DNA of 64,000 nucleotides from Acidobacteriota bacterium (lineage in GTDB: Bacteria; Acidobacteriota; UBA890; WLXD01). Location: positions 5,280,001 to 5,344,000 of the forward strand of contig CBDFKD010000002.1 of assembly GCA_965248695.1 (NCBI GenBank). Direction: 5' to 3'. Shown here piece by piece: positions 8,825 to 17,353 of this stretch. The notes beneath the pieces were generated by a model. It saw only the letters and a list, made by a program, of their open reading frames with translations, had not been told where the DNA came from and did not search any database. How positions within the stretch are numbered: the first letter of the stretch is position 1; each line of letters opens with the position of its first letter. Made by a program: the position numbers and the translations under genes.

Positions 8825-10544
8825 CCCGGACTACGTAGGCGCCGGCGCGATCCTCGAGGACACCGAGATGTTCGACGCCTCGTTCTTCGGTGTCCCGGCG
8901 CGGGAAGCGCGAATCACCGATCCGCAGCACCGCATGTTCTTGGAATGTTCATGGGAGGCCTTCGAGAGCGCCGGCTACGATCCCTCCCGAGTAGGGGAGT
9001 CGGCCGGGGTGTTCGCCGGCACTGGCCCGGCCAGCTACCTGCACGCCAATCTCATGGCGAACCCCACGGTGCTCCGCGAGACGAGCGCCCTCGAGCTCGA
9101 GTTGGGCAACGAGCGCGACTACCTGCCGATGCGCGTTTCCCACCGACTCGGCCTATGCGGTCCGAGCATGGCGGTGCAAACAGCCTGCTCTACCTCGCTG
9201 GTCGCCGTTCACGTGGCCTGCGAAAGCCTGCTGGCCGGAGAATGCGATGTGGCCCTCGCTGGCGGTGCGAGCCTGCGGCTGCCGCAGGGAGTCGGCTACC
9301 TTTACGAGGCGGGGAGTCTGTTCGCCGGCCAACGGCGCGTCCCGCTGTCGCCAGACGGGCACTGCCGCGCCTTCGATGCCGACGCCGGGGGCACGGTGCT
9401 GGGTAGCGGGGTCGGCGTGGTGCTGCTCAAGCGCCTTTCCGACGCGTTACGCGATCGGGACACGATTCATGCCGTCGTTCGAGGCTCGGCGGTGAACAAC
9501 GACGGGGCGTCGAAGGTCGGTTTCACCGCGCCGGGCCTGCGTGGGCAGGCCGCCGTAGTGGCCGAGGCGATCGAAGTCGCTGGCATCGATCCGGCGACCA
9601 TCGGTCATATCGAGACCAACGCCACCGGAACGATTCTTGGCGATGCGGTGGAGGTGCAGGCGCTACGCGAGGCCTTTGCCACGAGCGCAATTGGCGCACC
9701 GGGCGGCGGTCTCGCCGGCGGGGCGGAACGCCGCTGTGCGATCGGGACTATCAAGACCAATCTCGGGCACACCGGGGCGGCGGCGGGAATCGCTGGGCTG
9801 ATCAAGAGCGTTCTGGCACTGCAGCATCGCAAGCTGCCGCCGACGCTTAATTTCCGTCGCCCGAACCCGCGCATTCCCTTCGAAGAGACACCGTTCCATG
9901 TAAATTCCGAGCTCGCTGAGTGGGGAGATCTCGGAGTGCCTCGGCGGGCCGGGGTCAGTTCGTTTGCCATCGGCGGCACCAACTGCCACGTGCTACTGGA
10001 GGAGGCTCCTGCCACTGCGCGGCAAGCGGCGCGCCGACCGGCCTCATCCTGTCGGGACGAACCGCCGCAACTGCTGCTGATGTCCGCTCGGAGCTCGGAC
10101 GAATTGACGGCCGTACGACGAGCCCTCGTCCGCTGGCTACAGGCCCGACCGGACACCCCCCTGGAGGACGTGGCCCATACCCTGCGTCTCGGCCGACGCG
10201 CGTTCGAGCATCGATGCGCGGTGATCTGTGGAGATTGCTGCGAGGCGACCGCTGCGCTCGCCGGTCATCCACCTTCCGGCGTGCACATCATCGAGGCGCG
10301 CTCTGACCGACCGGACGACGCACCGCGCGCCGCGGGGCCACTGCAGGACGGCTCGCTCGGCGCACTGGCCGAATCCTGGGTGAGCGGGTGCGAGGTCGAT
10401 TCCAGCGAGTTGGATGAGCGGCCCGGGCGCCGGGTGACGCTGCCCACCTACCCGTTCCGTCGTCAGCGCCACTGGGTCGATGCAGCAGAACTAGTGGCTC
10501 CGTTGGAAGACGTACGCCAGGCAGCTGGGGCTACTCGCCGATGA
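8799..10544 (+). CDS. Type I PKS-like ketosynthase without AT domain (KS0-like), N-terminally truncated
   Basis: FDASFFG, DPQHR, TACSTS (active Cys), ETNATGT (His lost), KTNLGH, RRAGVSSF.IGGTN.H; KS-AT linker joined directly to LPTYPF.R.RHW. Confidence 0.85.
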   Translation: MSNSSGSKGPDYVGAGAILEDTEMFDASFFGVPAREARITDPQHRMFLECSWEAFESAGYDPSRVGESAGVFAGTGPASYLHANLMANPTVLRETSALELELGNERDYLPMRVSHRLGLCGPSMAVQTACSTSLVAVHVACESLLAGECDVALAGGASLRLPQGVGYLYEAGSLFAGQRRVPLSPDGHCRAFDADAGGTVLGSGVGVVLLKRLSDALRDRDTIHAVVRGSAVNNDGASKVGFTAPGLRGQAAVVAEAIEVAGIDPATIGHIETNATGTILGDAVEVQALREAFATSAIGAPGGGLAGGAERRCAIGTIKTNLGHTGAAAGIAGLIKSVLALQHRKLPPTLNFRRPNPRIPFEETPFHVNSELAEWGDLGVPRRAGVSSFAIGGTNCHVLLEEAPATARQAARRPASSCRDEPPQLLLMSARSSDELTAVRRALVRWLQARPDTPLEDVAHTLRLGRRAFEHRCAVICGDCCEATAALAGHPPSGVHIIEARSDRPDDAPRAAGPLQDGSLGALAESWVSGCEVDSSELDERPGRRVTLPTYPFRRQRHWVDAAELVAPLEDVRQAAGATRR

Positions 10545-11446
10545 CCGTAACGACGAGCGAGACCGTCAGCCCGCCGCAGGAAGCCGCGGCGTCGCGGCAC
10601 AGGCCGTCCGCTTACCGCCACGCACCGTCGATCCCTGACGCCCACGGCGCACTGCACATTGACCAGGCCTGGCACCCCGGACCTCCCCACCGTCTGGAAC
10701 CGGATGAGATCCACGTATGGTGGATCTCGCTACGCTGCTCGCAGCGTCGAGTCACCGAAGCCGCGCGTCTACTGGAAGCAGGTGAGCGACAGCGCGCGGG
10801 GCGGTTCCGATTTCCGAAGGATCAAGACCGTTTCGTATTGGCCCGAGCGTTCCTGCGGCGCGTGCTCGCGGAGTACGAGCAGCGCCCGCCGGTGCGGCTC
10901 GAGTTCGCGACTACTCAGCGCGGCAAGCCCAACCTGGCGGGACCGGCCCAACATCATCTCGGCTTCAACCTCTCGCACACTGCTGGCCTGGCTGTCTGTG
11001 CCGTATCGCGGGGGCGTCCGCTGGGTATCGACGTGGAACGGCTGCGCCCGGAGATCGATACCGAACTCGTCGGCGAAGTTGCCCTAACCCAGTCCGAGCG
11101 CCAAAGACTCCGGGTCCTACCCCGAGCCCAACGAAAGTCAGCGTTCTTTCGCCTCTGGGTCCGCAAGGAGGCTCTCGTCAAGGCCATCGGCCTGGGGTTA
11201 TCGATTCCGCCAGCGTCGCTCGAGGTAGCGAATGCAGGCGAGCAACCGGGAGTGGCGGCTCCTTCGAGGACCGTGCGTGTACCGCAATGGGGTGACTGGC
11301 GATTGACCGATATCGCGCCTCCGGGCGCATTGCTGTCGCAGCGCAGTTGCTGTGCGCCGCGGTACGTGGCGGCACTGGCGACCTGGGACCCCGACACGCG
11401 TCTGACACACGGTATCGTCGAGGCCCGTGCCTTGGCGGCGACATGA
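10541..11446 (+). CDS. Sfp/HetI-type 4'-phosphopantetheinyl transferase
   Basis: ERQRAGRF, GKP.L, FNLSHT, LGIDVE, FFRLWVRKEALVKA.G.GL. Confidence 0.92.
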   Translation: MTVTTSETVSPPQEAAASRHRPSAYRHAPSIPDAHGALHIDQAWHPGPPHRLEPDEIHVWWISLRCSQRRVTEAARLLEAGERQRAGRFRFPKDQDRFVLARAFLRRVLAEYEQRPPVRLEFATTQRGKPNLAGPAQHHLGFNLSHTAGLAVCAVSRGRPLGIDVERLRPEIDTELVGEVALTQSERQRLRVLPRAQRKSAFFRLWVRKEALVKAIGLGLSIPPASLEVANAGEQPGVAAPSRTVRVPQWGDWRLTDIAPPGALLSQRSCCAPRYVAALATWDPDTRLTHGIVEARALAAT

Positions 11447-11537
11447 TCGACGGGGAGCACCTCACGCGACCTGCCACATCCGCGAGAGAACGATCGCGTC
11501 TCTGGATTGAGCTCCCGGAGCTCCGACCACATACGAA

Positions 11538-11584
11538 CAAAGAGCCGGCGCGCGGATTTGAACCGCGGACCTGCTGATTACGAA
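11538..11584 (-). repeat. att-like 47-bp direct repeat: duplicate of the tRNA-Thr 3' half
   Basis: Matches 14066-14112 with a single mismatch (T-loop tttgaa vs ttcgaa). Confidence 0.93.
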
Positions 11585-12399
11585 GACGATTCGAGCCAAC
11601 CCTGATCGCTGCTCGATTGAAACGCTGCTGCCCCGGCCTCGTCGGCGATTGCCCGGCACACCGCCGGTAGAAGCTCGCCGAGAGGCGCCATGGTCGCCAG
11701 CGCCCGCCGCCAGTCCGCGCGGGCGCGTCGCAGAGAGGCCAGCTCGTGCACCCAGCCGGCATGGCCTCGGGATGTGGCCAGCGCGCCGGCCCATCGGGCC
11801 CAGCGCACACCACCGTCAACGCCAAGCAGCTCGTGGCACGGTCGGGGAAGTCGCAGGTCTGCATGATCGGAGACCACCCGCAAGGCGACGTGGGCCGCGT
11901 CCGCCGCAACCGCTGCGAGCGCCCAGCGCGCGCCCTCCATCTCCACCAGCGCGGCGCCGCTCGCACGCGCCAGCTCCCGACGTGCGGCGTCGTCGTGGAA
12001 CGGCCCCTCCACCGTGAGGGCCGTAGCGCGGGGCGCCTCGATCCCGTTGCGAGACAGCTCCGTGATGATCGCTCCGGCGAACGATCGCGAGCTTTTGGCA
12101 ACGTCGGCGTACGGCGGCTCCGGGTCGACCCAGCGATCGACGATGTGGAGGCTGCCGGCGGCGAGCGAGGGCTCGAGGGCGCCTGCGAAGCCGACGTTGA
12201 TCACCAACTTCGGACGCAGCTCCGCGAGGCAGCGCTGTACGGGTTCATCGCCACTCCGCCCCACGCCAGCTACCAGCAGCGACAGACCGCCGCCGAGGTC
12301 GGCCGGTGGGCCGCCGGCTGGCGGTGTTGCTGCAAGGCGGAGCGCATCCGCCTCGGCTTTGGCGGCGATCAGAAGCAGGGCGCCACAGCGCTCCGGCAC
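11578..12399 (-). CDS. Purine/nucleoside phosphorylase-fold protein (PNP_UDP_1; MTA/SAH nucleosidase/HpnG-like); start uncertain (ORF extends to 12567)
   Basis: LIAA..EA, GVG, INVGFAGAL, VEMEGA, LRVVSD motifs. Confidence 0.75.
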   Translation of the reverse strand: MPERCGALLLIAAKAEADALRLAATPPAGGPPADLGGGLSLLVAGVGRSGDEPVQRCLAELRPKLVINVGFAGALEPSLAAGSLHIVDRWVDPEPPYADVAKSSRSFAGAIITELSRNGIEAPRATALTVEGPFHDDAARRELARASGAALVEMEGARWALAAVAADAAHVALRVVSDHADLRLPRPCHELLGVDGGVRWARWAGALATSRGHAGWVHELASLRRARADWRRALATMAPLGELLPAVCRAIADEAGAAAFQSSSDQGWLESSS

Positions 12400-12693
12400 G
12401 CGTCGCTCGGCGCGGTCAGGGGCCTCTAGCGAGACAGCTGCTCGTTGATCCACAACACCAGCCCGATAGGCGACGGGTCCCGGGATGAGACCGTTCGCTC
12501 CCCTGAATGATACGCACCGGACAGTGTTGACAGCGCCATCGGAGGCCCGCGATGCGTACGAAGCCAATCCCTCGAGCCCAGGTCCTTACGGCGTCCGAGG
12601 CCTTGTCCGGCTAGCTGCGGGCGTCGCGCGACCCCAGAGGGGAGGCTCGGTATAGTCGTAGCGGCTTCCAACTCGCTCCGGAGAGGTGTTCGC

Positions 12694-14025
12694 ATGCGAC
12701 GACGGTTCCTGGTTCTTTTCGCAGCCTTCGTTTTCCTCGCGTCGGTGAACGCAACCGCATCCTCCCAGGGCGTGGCGCAATGGATGCCGGACAAGCGCGG
12801 TAGCGACAACATCGAGGTGCTTGCGCACCTTCCGCTGGGGCCGGCGCGCAACGTCTCGGACATCGAGATCGAGCAGGACCCGGACCGGCCGTTCGCCTAC
12901 GTCGGACGGATGGTCTACGGAAGTTGGGGGGAGAGGGGGACCGACATCATCGACCTGTCCAATCCCGCCGACCCGAAGATCATTCACGAGTGGCGCATCG
13001 AGGATCAGGACGTGCACCTGGGCCTCGGCGGCATGGACGTGAAGTACTTCAAGTGGGCCGGGCGCTACTATCTTGTGCAGTCGCTGCAGTTCGGCCAGGG
13101 CGGCCCGAACTCGGATCTGGGCGCCGTTGTGCTCGACGTGACCGACCTGCCAGACAGTTATACGGAGGTGGCGCGGATCCATGCCCCCGAGAGCCCCGGG
13201 GGCTTCCACAACATCTTCATGTACAAGCACTCCAACGGCCGGCCGCTCCTGTTCACGACCGTGGGCGGTCCGTTCGCCCACGTCTACGACATGGCCCATG
13301 TAGTCGAGGGTGCGGTGGACGCGGTGCTAGTAGCCAAGGTGCCGCTGGGTGATTTCGACCCGGATGAGCAAGGCAGTTACCACGACATGTACGCTGGCTG
13401 GCACGAGGACACGGGGACCGATCGCTTCTACGGCGGCGGAACGGGCGGCTACTACGTGTTCGACGTGACGGACCTCGAGAACCCGTCGATGATCGTCTCG
13501 CTGACCGGCATCTCCGGCGTGGATTGGGGCCACACGTTCACGCCCTCGCCCGACGGGCGCTACGTGATCGCCGAGGCGGAGTACCAGTACGCCCCGCTGC
13601 GCATCTTCGACTTGCAGCCGGCACTCGACGGCGAGCAGAAGAACATCCGCACTCCCATCAGCGCCTGGACCGCGGACTGGCGCAATCTGGTCCACAACCA
13701 CGAGGTGCGCTGGCCGTACGTCTTCGTGTCGGGTTACCTCGACGGCCTGCAGATATTCACCATGCAGGACCCGCTCAACCCCGCCACCATCGGTTACTAC
13801 GACACCTTCCTCGGTGGCCCCGCCAAGGAACGCTGCACGATGTGCGACGGTCTGTTCGGCGTCGACGTGCGCAACAGCGACGGGCTCATCGTCGCCTCCG
13901 ACATGACCACCGGCTTCTGGGTCTTCCGGATGGAAGGCTTCAACGGCTGGTCTGGCACCCAGTGGGGCCTACCCGACCGTTCCAGCGTCCAGGACTGGGA
14001 AGCGACTCCGAGCCAACAGGACTGA
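12694..14025 (+). CDS. Secreted LVIVD-repeat (beta-propeller) protein
   Basis: N-terminal signal peptide; repeats IIDLSNPADP, VLDVTDLP, VFDVTDLENP, IFTMQDPLNP; His motifs HNIF, HDMY, GHT, HNH; GGAGAGG RBS. Confidence 0.75.
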   Translation: MRRRFLVLFAAFVFLASVNATASSQGVAQWMPDKRGSDNIEVLAHLPLGPARNVSDIEIEQDPDRPFAYVGRMVYGSWGERGTDIIDLSNPADPKIIHEWRIEDQDVHLGLGGMDVKYFKWAGRYYLVQSLQFGQGGPNSDLGAVVLDVTDLPDSYTEVARIHAPESPGGFHNIFMYKHSNGRPLLFTTVGGPFAHVYDMAHVVEGAVDAVLVAKVPLGDFDPDEQGSYHDMYAGWHEDTGTDRFYGGGTGGYYVFDVTDLENPSMIVSLTGISGVDWGHTFTPSPDGRYVIAEAEYQYAPLRIFDLQPALDGEQKNIRTPISAWTADWRNLVHNHEVRWPYVFVSGYLDGLQIFTMQDPLNPATIGYYDTFLGGPAKERCTMCDGLFGVDVRNSDGLIVASDMTTGFWVFRMEGFNGWSGTQWGLPDRSSVQDWEATPSQQD

Positions 14026-14051
14026 GGCTATTCCAACCTCGAGGCGAGCAG

Positions 14052-14064
14052 TAAGTGATTGACT
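14052..14064 (-). promoter_or_regulatory. Putative IHF-like site just inside the att repeat
   Basis: AGTCAATCACTTA is one mismatch from WATCAANNNNTTR and lies immediately 3' of the tRNA. Confidence 0.35.
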
Positions 14065-14070
14065 CCAAAG

Positions 14071-14142
14071 AGCCGGCGCGCGGATTCGAACCGCGGACCT
14101 GCTGATTACGAATCAGCTGCTCTGCCACTGAGCTACGCCGGC
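14071..14142 (-). tRNA. tRNA-Thr(CGT), CCA not encoded
   Basis: Cloverleaf: GCCGGCG acceptor / GCTC D-stem / GCTGA-TTCGTAA-TCAGC anticodon arm / CGCGG-TTCGAAT-CCGCG T-arm. Confidence 0.97.
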
Positions 14143-14153
14143 CGTCGGAGCGG

Positions 14154-14182
14154 AGTGTACTGAGGCGGAAAAGGGGCCGCAA
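14154..14182 (-). promoter_or_regulatory. Putative sigma70 promoter of tRNA-Thr
   Basis: TTGCGG-17 bp-TACACT ending about 12 nt upstream of the tRNA. Confidence 0.55.
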
Positions 14183-14355
14183 ATCGACCCTGGCGCTATG
14201 ATTGCCACGCCTCTGCGGCGCTTGGCGGTGCTCGTAGGCGGTGCCGGCGCACCGTGCTACACTCGCCGCCGGTGGGGCGAAAGCGGAGCGAGGGGGTCTC
14301 GGCTCGCGCATCGTCCGGGGCGCCCGCTTTCGGGTAAATCTGGGACTGGAGGTAG

Positions 14356-17298
14356 GTGCCCGTGTGGCGTCTATCGAAGCTCGATATTCGCGGCTTCAAG
14401 TCGTTCGCTGACCCGGCAGAGCTCGTCTTTCCCGAGGGGATTACGGCGGTAGTCGGTCCCAACGGGTGCGGCAAGAGCAACATATCGGACGCTATCGTCT
14501 GGGCCCTTGGTGAGCAGAGCACAAGCCTGCTTCGGGCGCAGCGCATGAAGGACGTGATCTTTCAAGGCAGCGCCGGCCGCAAGGCCACCGGCACGGCCGA
14601 GGTCACGCTCCACCTGACGACGCGGCGTAAGCCCGAGGCCGATCTGTTCTCGTCCAATGGCGGGCTCGAGGCCGACGGCAGCGGAGAGTACGGCGGCAAC
14701 GGGAACGGTGAGCACGGCGGCCAGGGTACCGGAGCCGTGCCCCGGGATGCGCCCGACGCGAGCGACGTCGACGGAGAGCTGGCGATCACCCGGCGGCTCT
14801 TCCGCTCCGGCGACAGCGAGTACCTGCTGAACGGCAAGAAGTGCTTGCTGCGCGACGTTCGCGAGCGACTGCTGGGCACCGGACTGGGGTCACGGGCGTG
14901 TTTCACGATCGGACAGGGGCGCATCGATCAGATCCTCTCGGCGAGCCCGTTCGAGCGCCGGGCACCCATCGAGGAGGCGGCCGGGATCTCGCTATACCGA
15001 CGCCGGCGCCATGGCACGAACCTGAAGCTCGAGGCCACAGCGCAGGACCTGGCCCGCGTCGACGATATCTGTCAGGAGGTGGCCCGGCAGATGCGGAGCC
15101 TCAAACGTCAGGCTGGTAGAGCGCGCCGCTACCGTGCGCTGCGCGAGAGGCTGCGCGAGCTGGAACGTAGGTGGTTCTATCTGAGGCTGCAGTCTGCCGA
15201 CAATGAGGCCCGAACCGCCAGCGCTGCGATGCAGGCGACGACCCTCGGGGAGCAGGTGGCGCGCGACGAGCTCGAGGTCGCTACACGGGCCTGGGAACGT
15301 GCCCGCAAGGCGTGGCGCGAGCAGCGCCAAGAGCGCGAGCAGATACGCCAGAAGCTGTACCACGCGCAGGTGGAGCATGAGCGCGCCCGCTCGGAGGCCG
15401 CGCGCCAGCGTGACCGCGCCGCCTTCGTTGTCGAGCGGCAAGAAGAGCTGCAACGCAAGCGCGAGGCCCAGCAGACCGGCCTCGACGAGGCGGCATCGAT
15501 CGTCGACGCACGGCGCCGCTCATCGGGTGAGGCCGATCAAGCGGCGCGGTCGGCGGAACGCCTGCTCCAAGAGGCCCGCGAGCGCCTCGACCCGATCACG
15601 CATCTGGATGCCACCGCTGCTGCCGACAGCACAATGGAGCTCAGCACACTGGCGGCCTGCATCGAGGTCGAGGAGGACTTTCGCGGCGCGGTCGCCCTGG
15701 CACTGGGCGACCGCCTGCGCTTGCCGATGCTGTCAAGCGAACAGATCGAACCGTGGCTGCAAGCCGCCGAGGCACGCCGGGGAGTTTCTGCCGGGCTACG
15801 AGAGCCCACCAGCTCGCCCGGTGAAGCAGCCCCGGAGACTGGTGCGGAGTCCTTGCGAGCGCGTGCGACCGGACTCAACGGCTGCGCTCAGTCAGTCCTG
15901 GATGATCTGCTGTCGAACGTCTGGCTGGTAGCGACGCCCGACGATGCGCTACGACTGGCCACAGCGCACCGGGGCCACGGCTTCGTGGATGCAGGAGGCC
16001 AGGTCTGGGCGCGGGGAGCCGAGATCCGCCACCGCAATGAATCGATCGATCGCATCGCCGAAAGCGCTCAGGCGAGCGTACGCGTGGAGCTTCCGACGGC
16101 GGATGCAAAGGACACCGGGCCGGGCGGAGAGACCGAGGCCCTGCACCTCGAAGTCGAACGTGCTCAGTCATCGCTCGGGGCGGCACGGGCGCAGGCGGCG
16201 GCGGCGGCGCGCGAGCTCCAGGTTGCCGAGGCCGGCGAGCGGCGACAGGACGCCGATGTCGCTCGCCTGAAGACCGACGCTGACGGGCTGACTGCCAGTG
16301 AGGCCACCGCCGAGGCGCAAGCAGTGGCGGCGGACACACGAGCGGACGAGTCGAGGAGGCTGTGTGGCGACCTCGAGGAGCAGCTGCAAGAAGACGACAG
16401 CGGCGACCTCGCCGAAGAGTTCGAGCTTGCGGCGCTGGAGTCGGCGGTAGCGGCACAACGGAGCGCGGTCGACCGGGCTCAGTCACGACGAACCGGGAGT
16501 GAGGTGCAGGCCGCCGAAGTGCGGGTCCGGCGCAGCCATCTGCATGAGCGGATTCGTGAGCGCTTGGATATCGACCCGGCGCAGTTGCTGCAATCCATGA
16601 CCGCCGAGCCCGCCGACATCGAACCATCGGGCTCGTCCGATGAGGTGCAAAGCGAGACCGATCTAGAGAAAGAGGTGCAGCAGGCTCGTGGCGCTATCGA
16701 TCGGCTCGGGCCGGTGAACCTCGTCGCCTACGAGGACTACGAGTCACAGAAGGACCGCTTCGAAGAGCTGGATGGCCAGCGGGCCGACCTTCAGACAGCC
16801 ACCACCAACCTGCACGAAGCGATCAAGAAGATCGACGCTGACTGCGTCGGGCGTTTCACCGAGGCGTTCGAGTCCATCGACGGGTATTTCAATCGCATCT
16901 TCCGGCAGCTCTTCGGTGGCGGCCGAGCCGGGATGCGGCTCGAAAGCATCGACGATCCGCTCAACAGCGGCATCGAGATCGTGGCGCAACCGCCCGGCAA
17001 GACACTGCAGAGCATCCGCCTGATGTCCGGCGGTGAGCGCTCGATGATCGCACTGGCCTTGATGTTCGCCATCTTCGAATATCACCCGTCACCCTTCTGC
17101 ATCCTCGACGAGGCCGACGCGGCGCTCGACGAGAGCAACGTCGCGCGGTTCATCCGGGCCCTGAACCACTTCCAGGACCGGGCGCAGTTCATCATGATCA
17201 CGCACAACAAGCTGAGCATGGAGGTGGCCGACCTCCTGTACGGAGTGACCATGGAGGACAGCGGTGTTTCCAAGCTGGTATCGGTGCGGCTGAACTGA
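14356..17298 (+). CDS. smc: Chromosome segregation protein SMC (short variant)
   Basis: GFKSF, GPNGCGKSN Walker A, coiled coils, LGPVN, LMSGGE signature, LDEADAALD Walker B/D-loop. Confidence 0.93.
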   Translation: MPVWRLSKLDIRGFKSFADPAELVFPEGITAVVGPNGCGKSNISDAIVWALGEQSTSLLRAQRMKDVIFQGSAGRKATGTAEVTLHLTTRRKPEADLFSSNGGLEADGSGEYGGNGNGEHGGQGTGAVPRDAPDASDVDGELAITRRLFRSGDSEYLLNGKKCLLRDVRERLLGTGLGSRACFTIGQGRIDQILSASPFERRAPIEEAAGISLYRRRRHGTNLKLEATAQDLARVDDICQEVARQMRSLKRQAGRARRYRALRERLRELERRWFYLRLQSADNEARTASAAMQATTLGEQVARDELEVATRAWERARKAWREQRQEREQIRQKLYHAQVEHERARSEAARQRDRAAFVVERQEELQRKREAQQTGLDEAASIVDARRRSSGEADQAARSAERLLQEARERLDPITHLDATAAADSTMELSTLAACIEVEEDFRGAVALALGDRLRLPMLSSEQIEPWLQAAEARRGVSAGLREPTSSPGEAAPETGAESLRARATGLNGCAQSVLDDLLSNVWLVATPDDALRLATAHRGHGFVDAGGQVWARGAEIRHRNESIDRIAESAQASVRVELPTADAKDTGPGGETEALHLEVERAQSSLGAARAQAAAAARELQVAEAGERRQDADVARLKTDADGLTASEATAEAQAVAADTRADESRRLCGDLEEQLQEDDSGDLAEEFELAALESAVAAQRSAVDRAQSRRTGSEVQAAEVRVRRSHLHERIRERLDIDPAQLLQSMTAEPADIEPSGSSDEVQSETDLEKEVQQARGAIDRLGPVNLVAYEDYESQKDRFEELDGQRADLQTATTNLHEAIKKIDADCVGRFTEAFESIDGYFNRIFRQLFGGGRAGMRLESIDDPLNSGIEIVAQPPGKTLQSIRLMSGGERSMIALALMFAIFEYHPSPFCILDEADAALDESNVARFIRALNHFQDRAQFIMITHNKLSMEVADLLYGVTMEDSGVSKLVSVRLN

Positions 17299-17353
17299 GA
17301 CGCCCTACGCCACGCGCCGTTCACTCGCCGGGACTCCCCGGGGAGCGTCGCGA

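Larger units (their letters stand above)
11538..14112. mobile_element. Small tRNA-Thr-integrated genomic islet (about 2.5 kb), no integrase
   Basis: Bounded by the 47-bp tRNA-derived direct repeats; contains two divergent genes. Confidence 0.7.

Noticed and set aside
7781-9406. 541-aa + strand ORF and many other long overlapping or antisense ORFs (e.g. 41028-42287, 32639-33799, 59534-60685)
   Set aside because: Arg/Ala/Pro-rich shadow frames expected in high-GC DNA; they overlap motif-bearing genes and show no recognisable motifs.
11538-11584. Second tRNA gene
   Set aside because: Only the 3' half is present; no D-arm or 5' acceptor strand, so it is treated as an att repeat.
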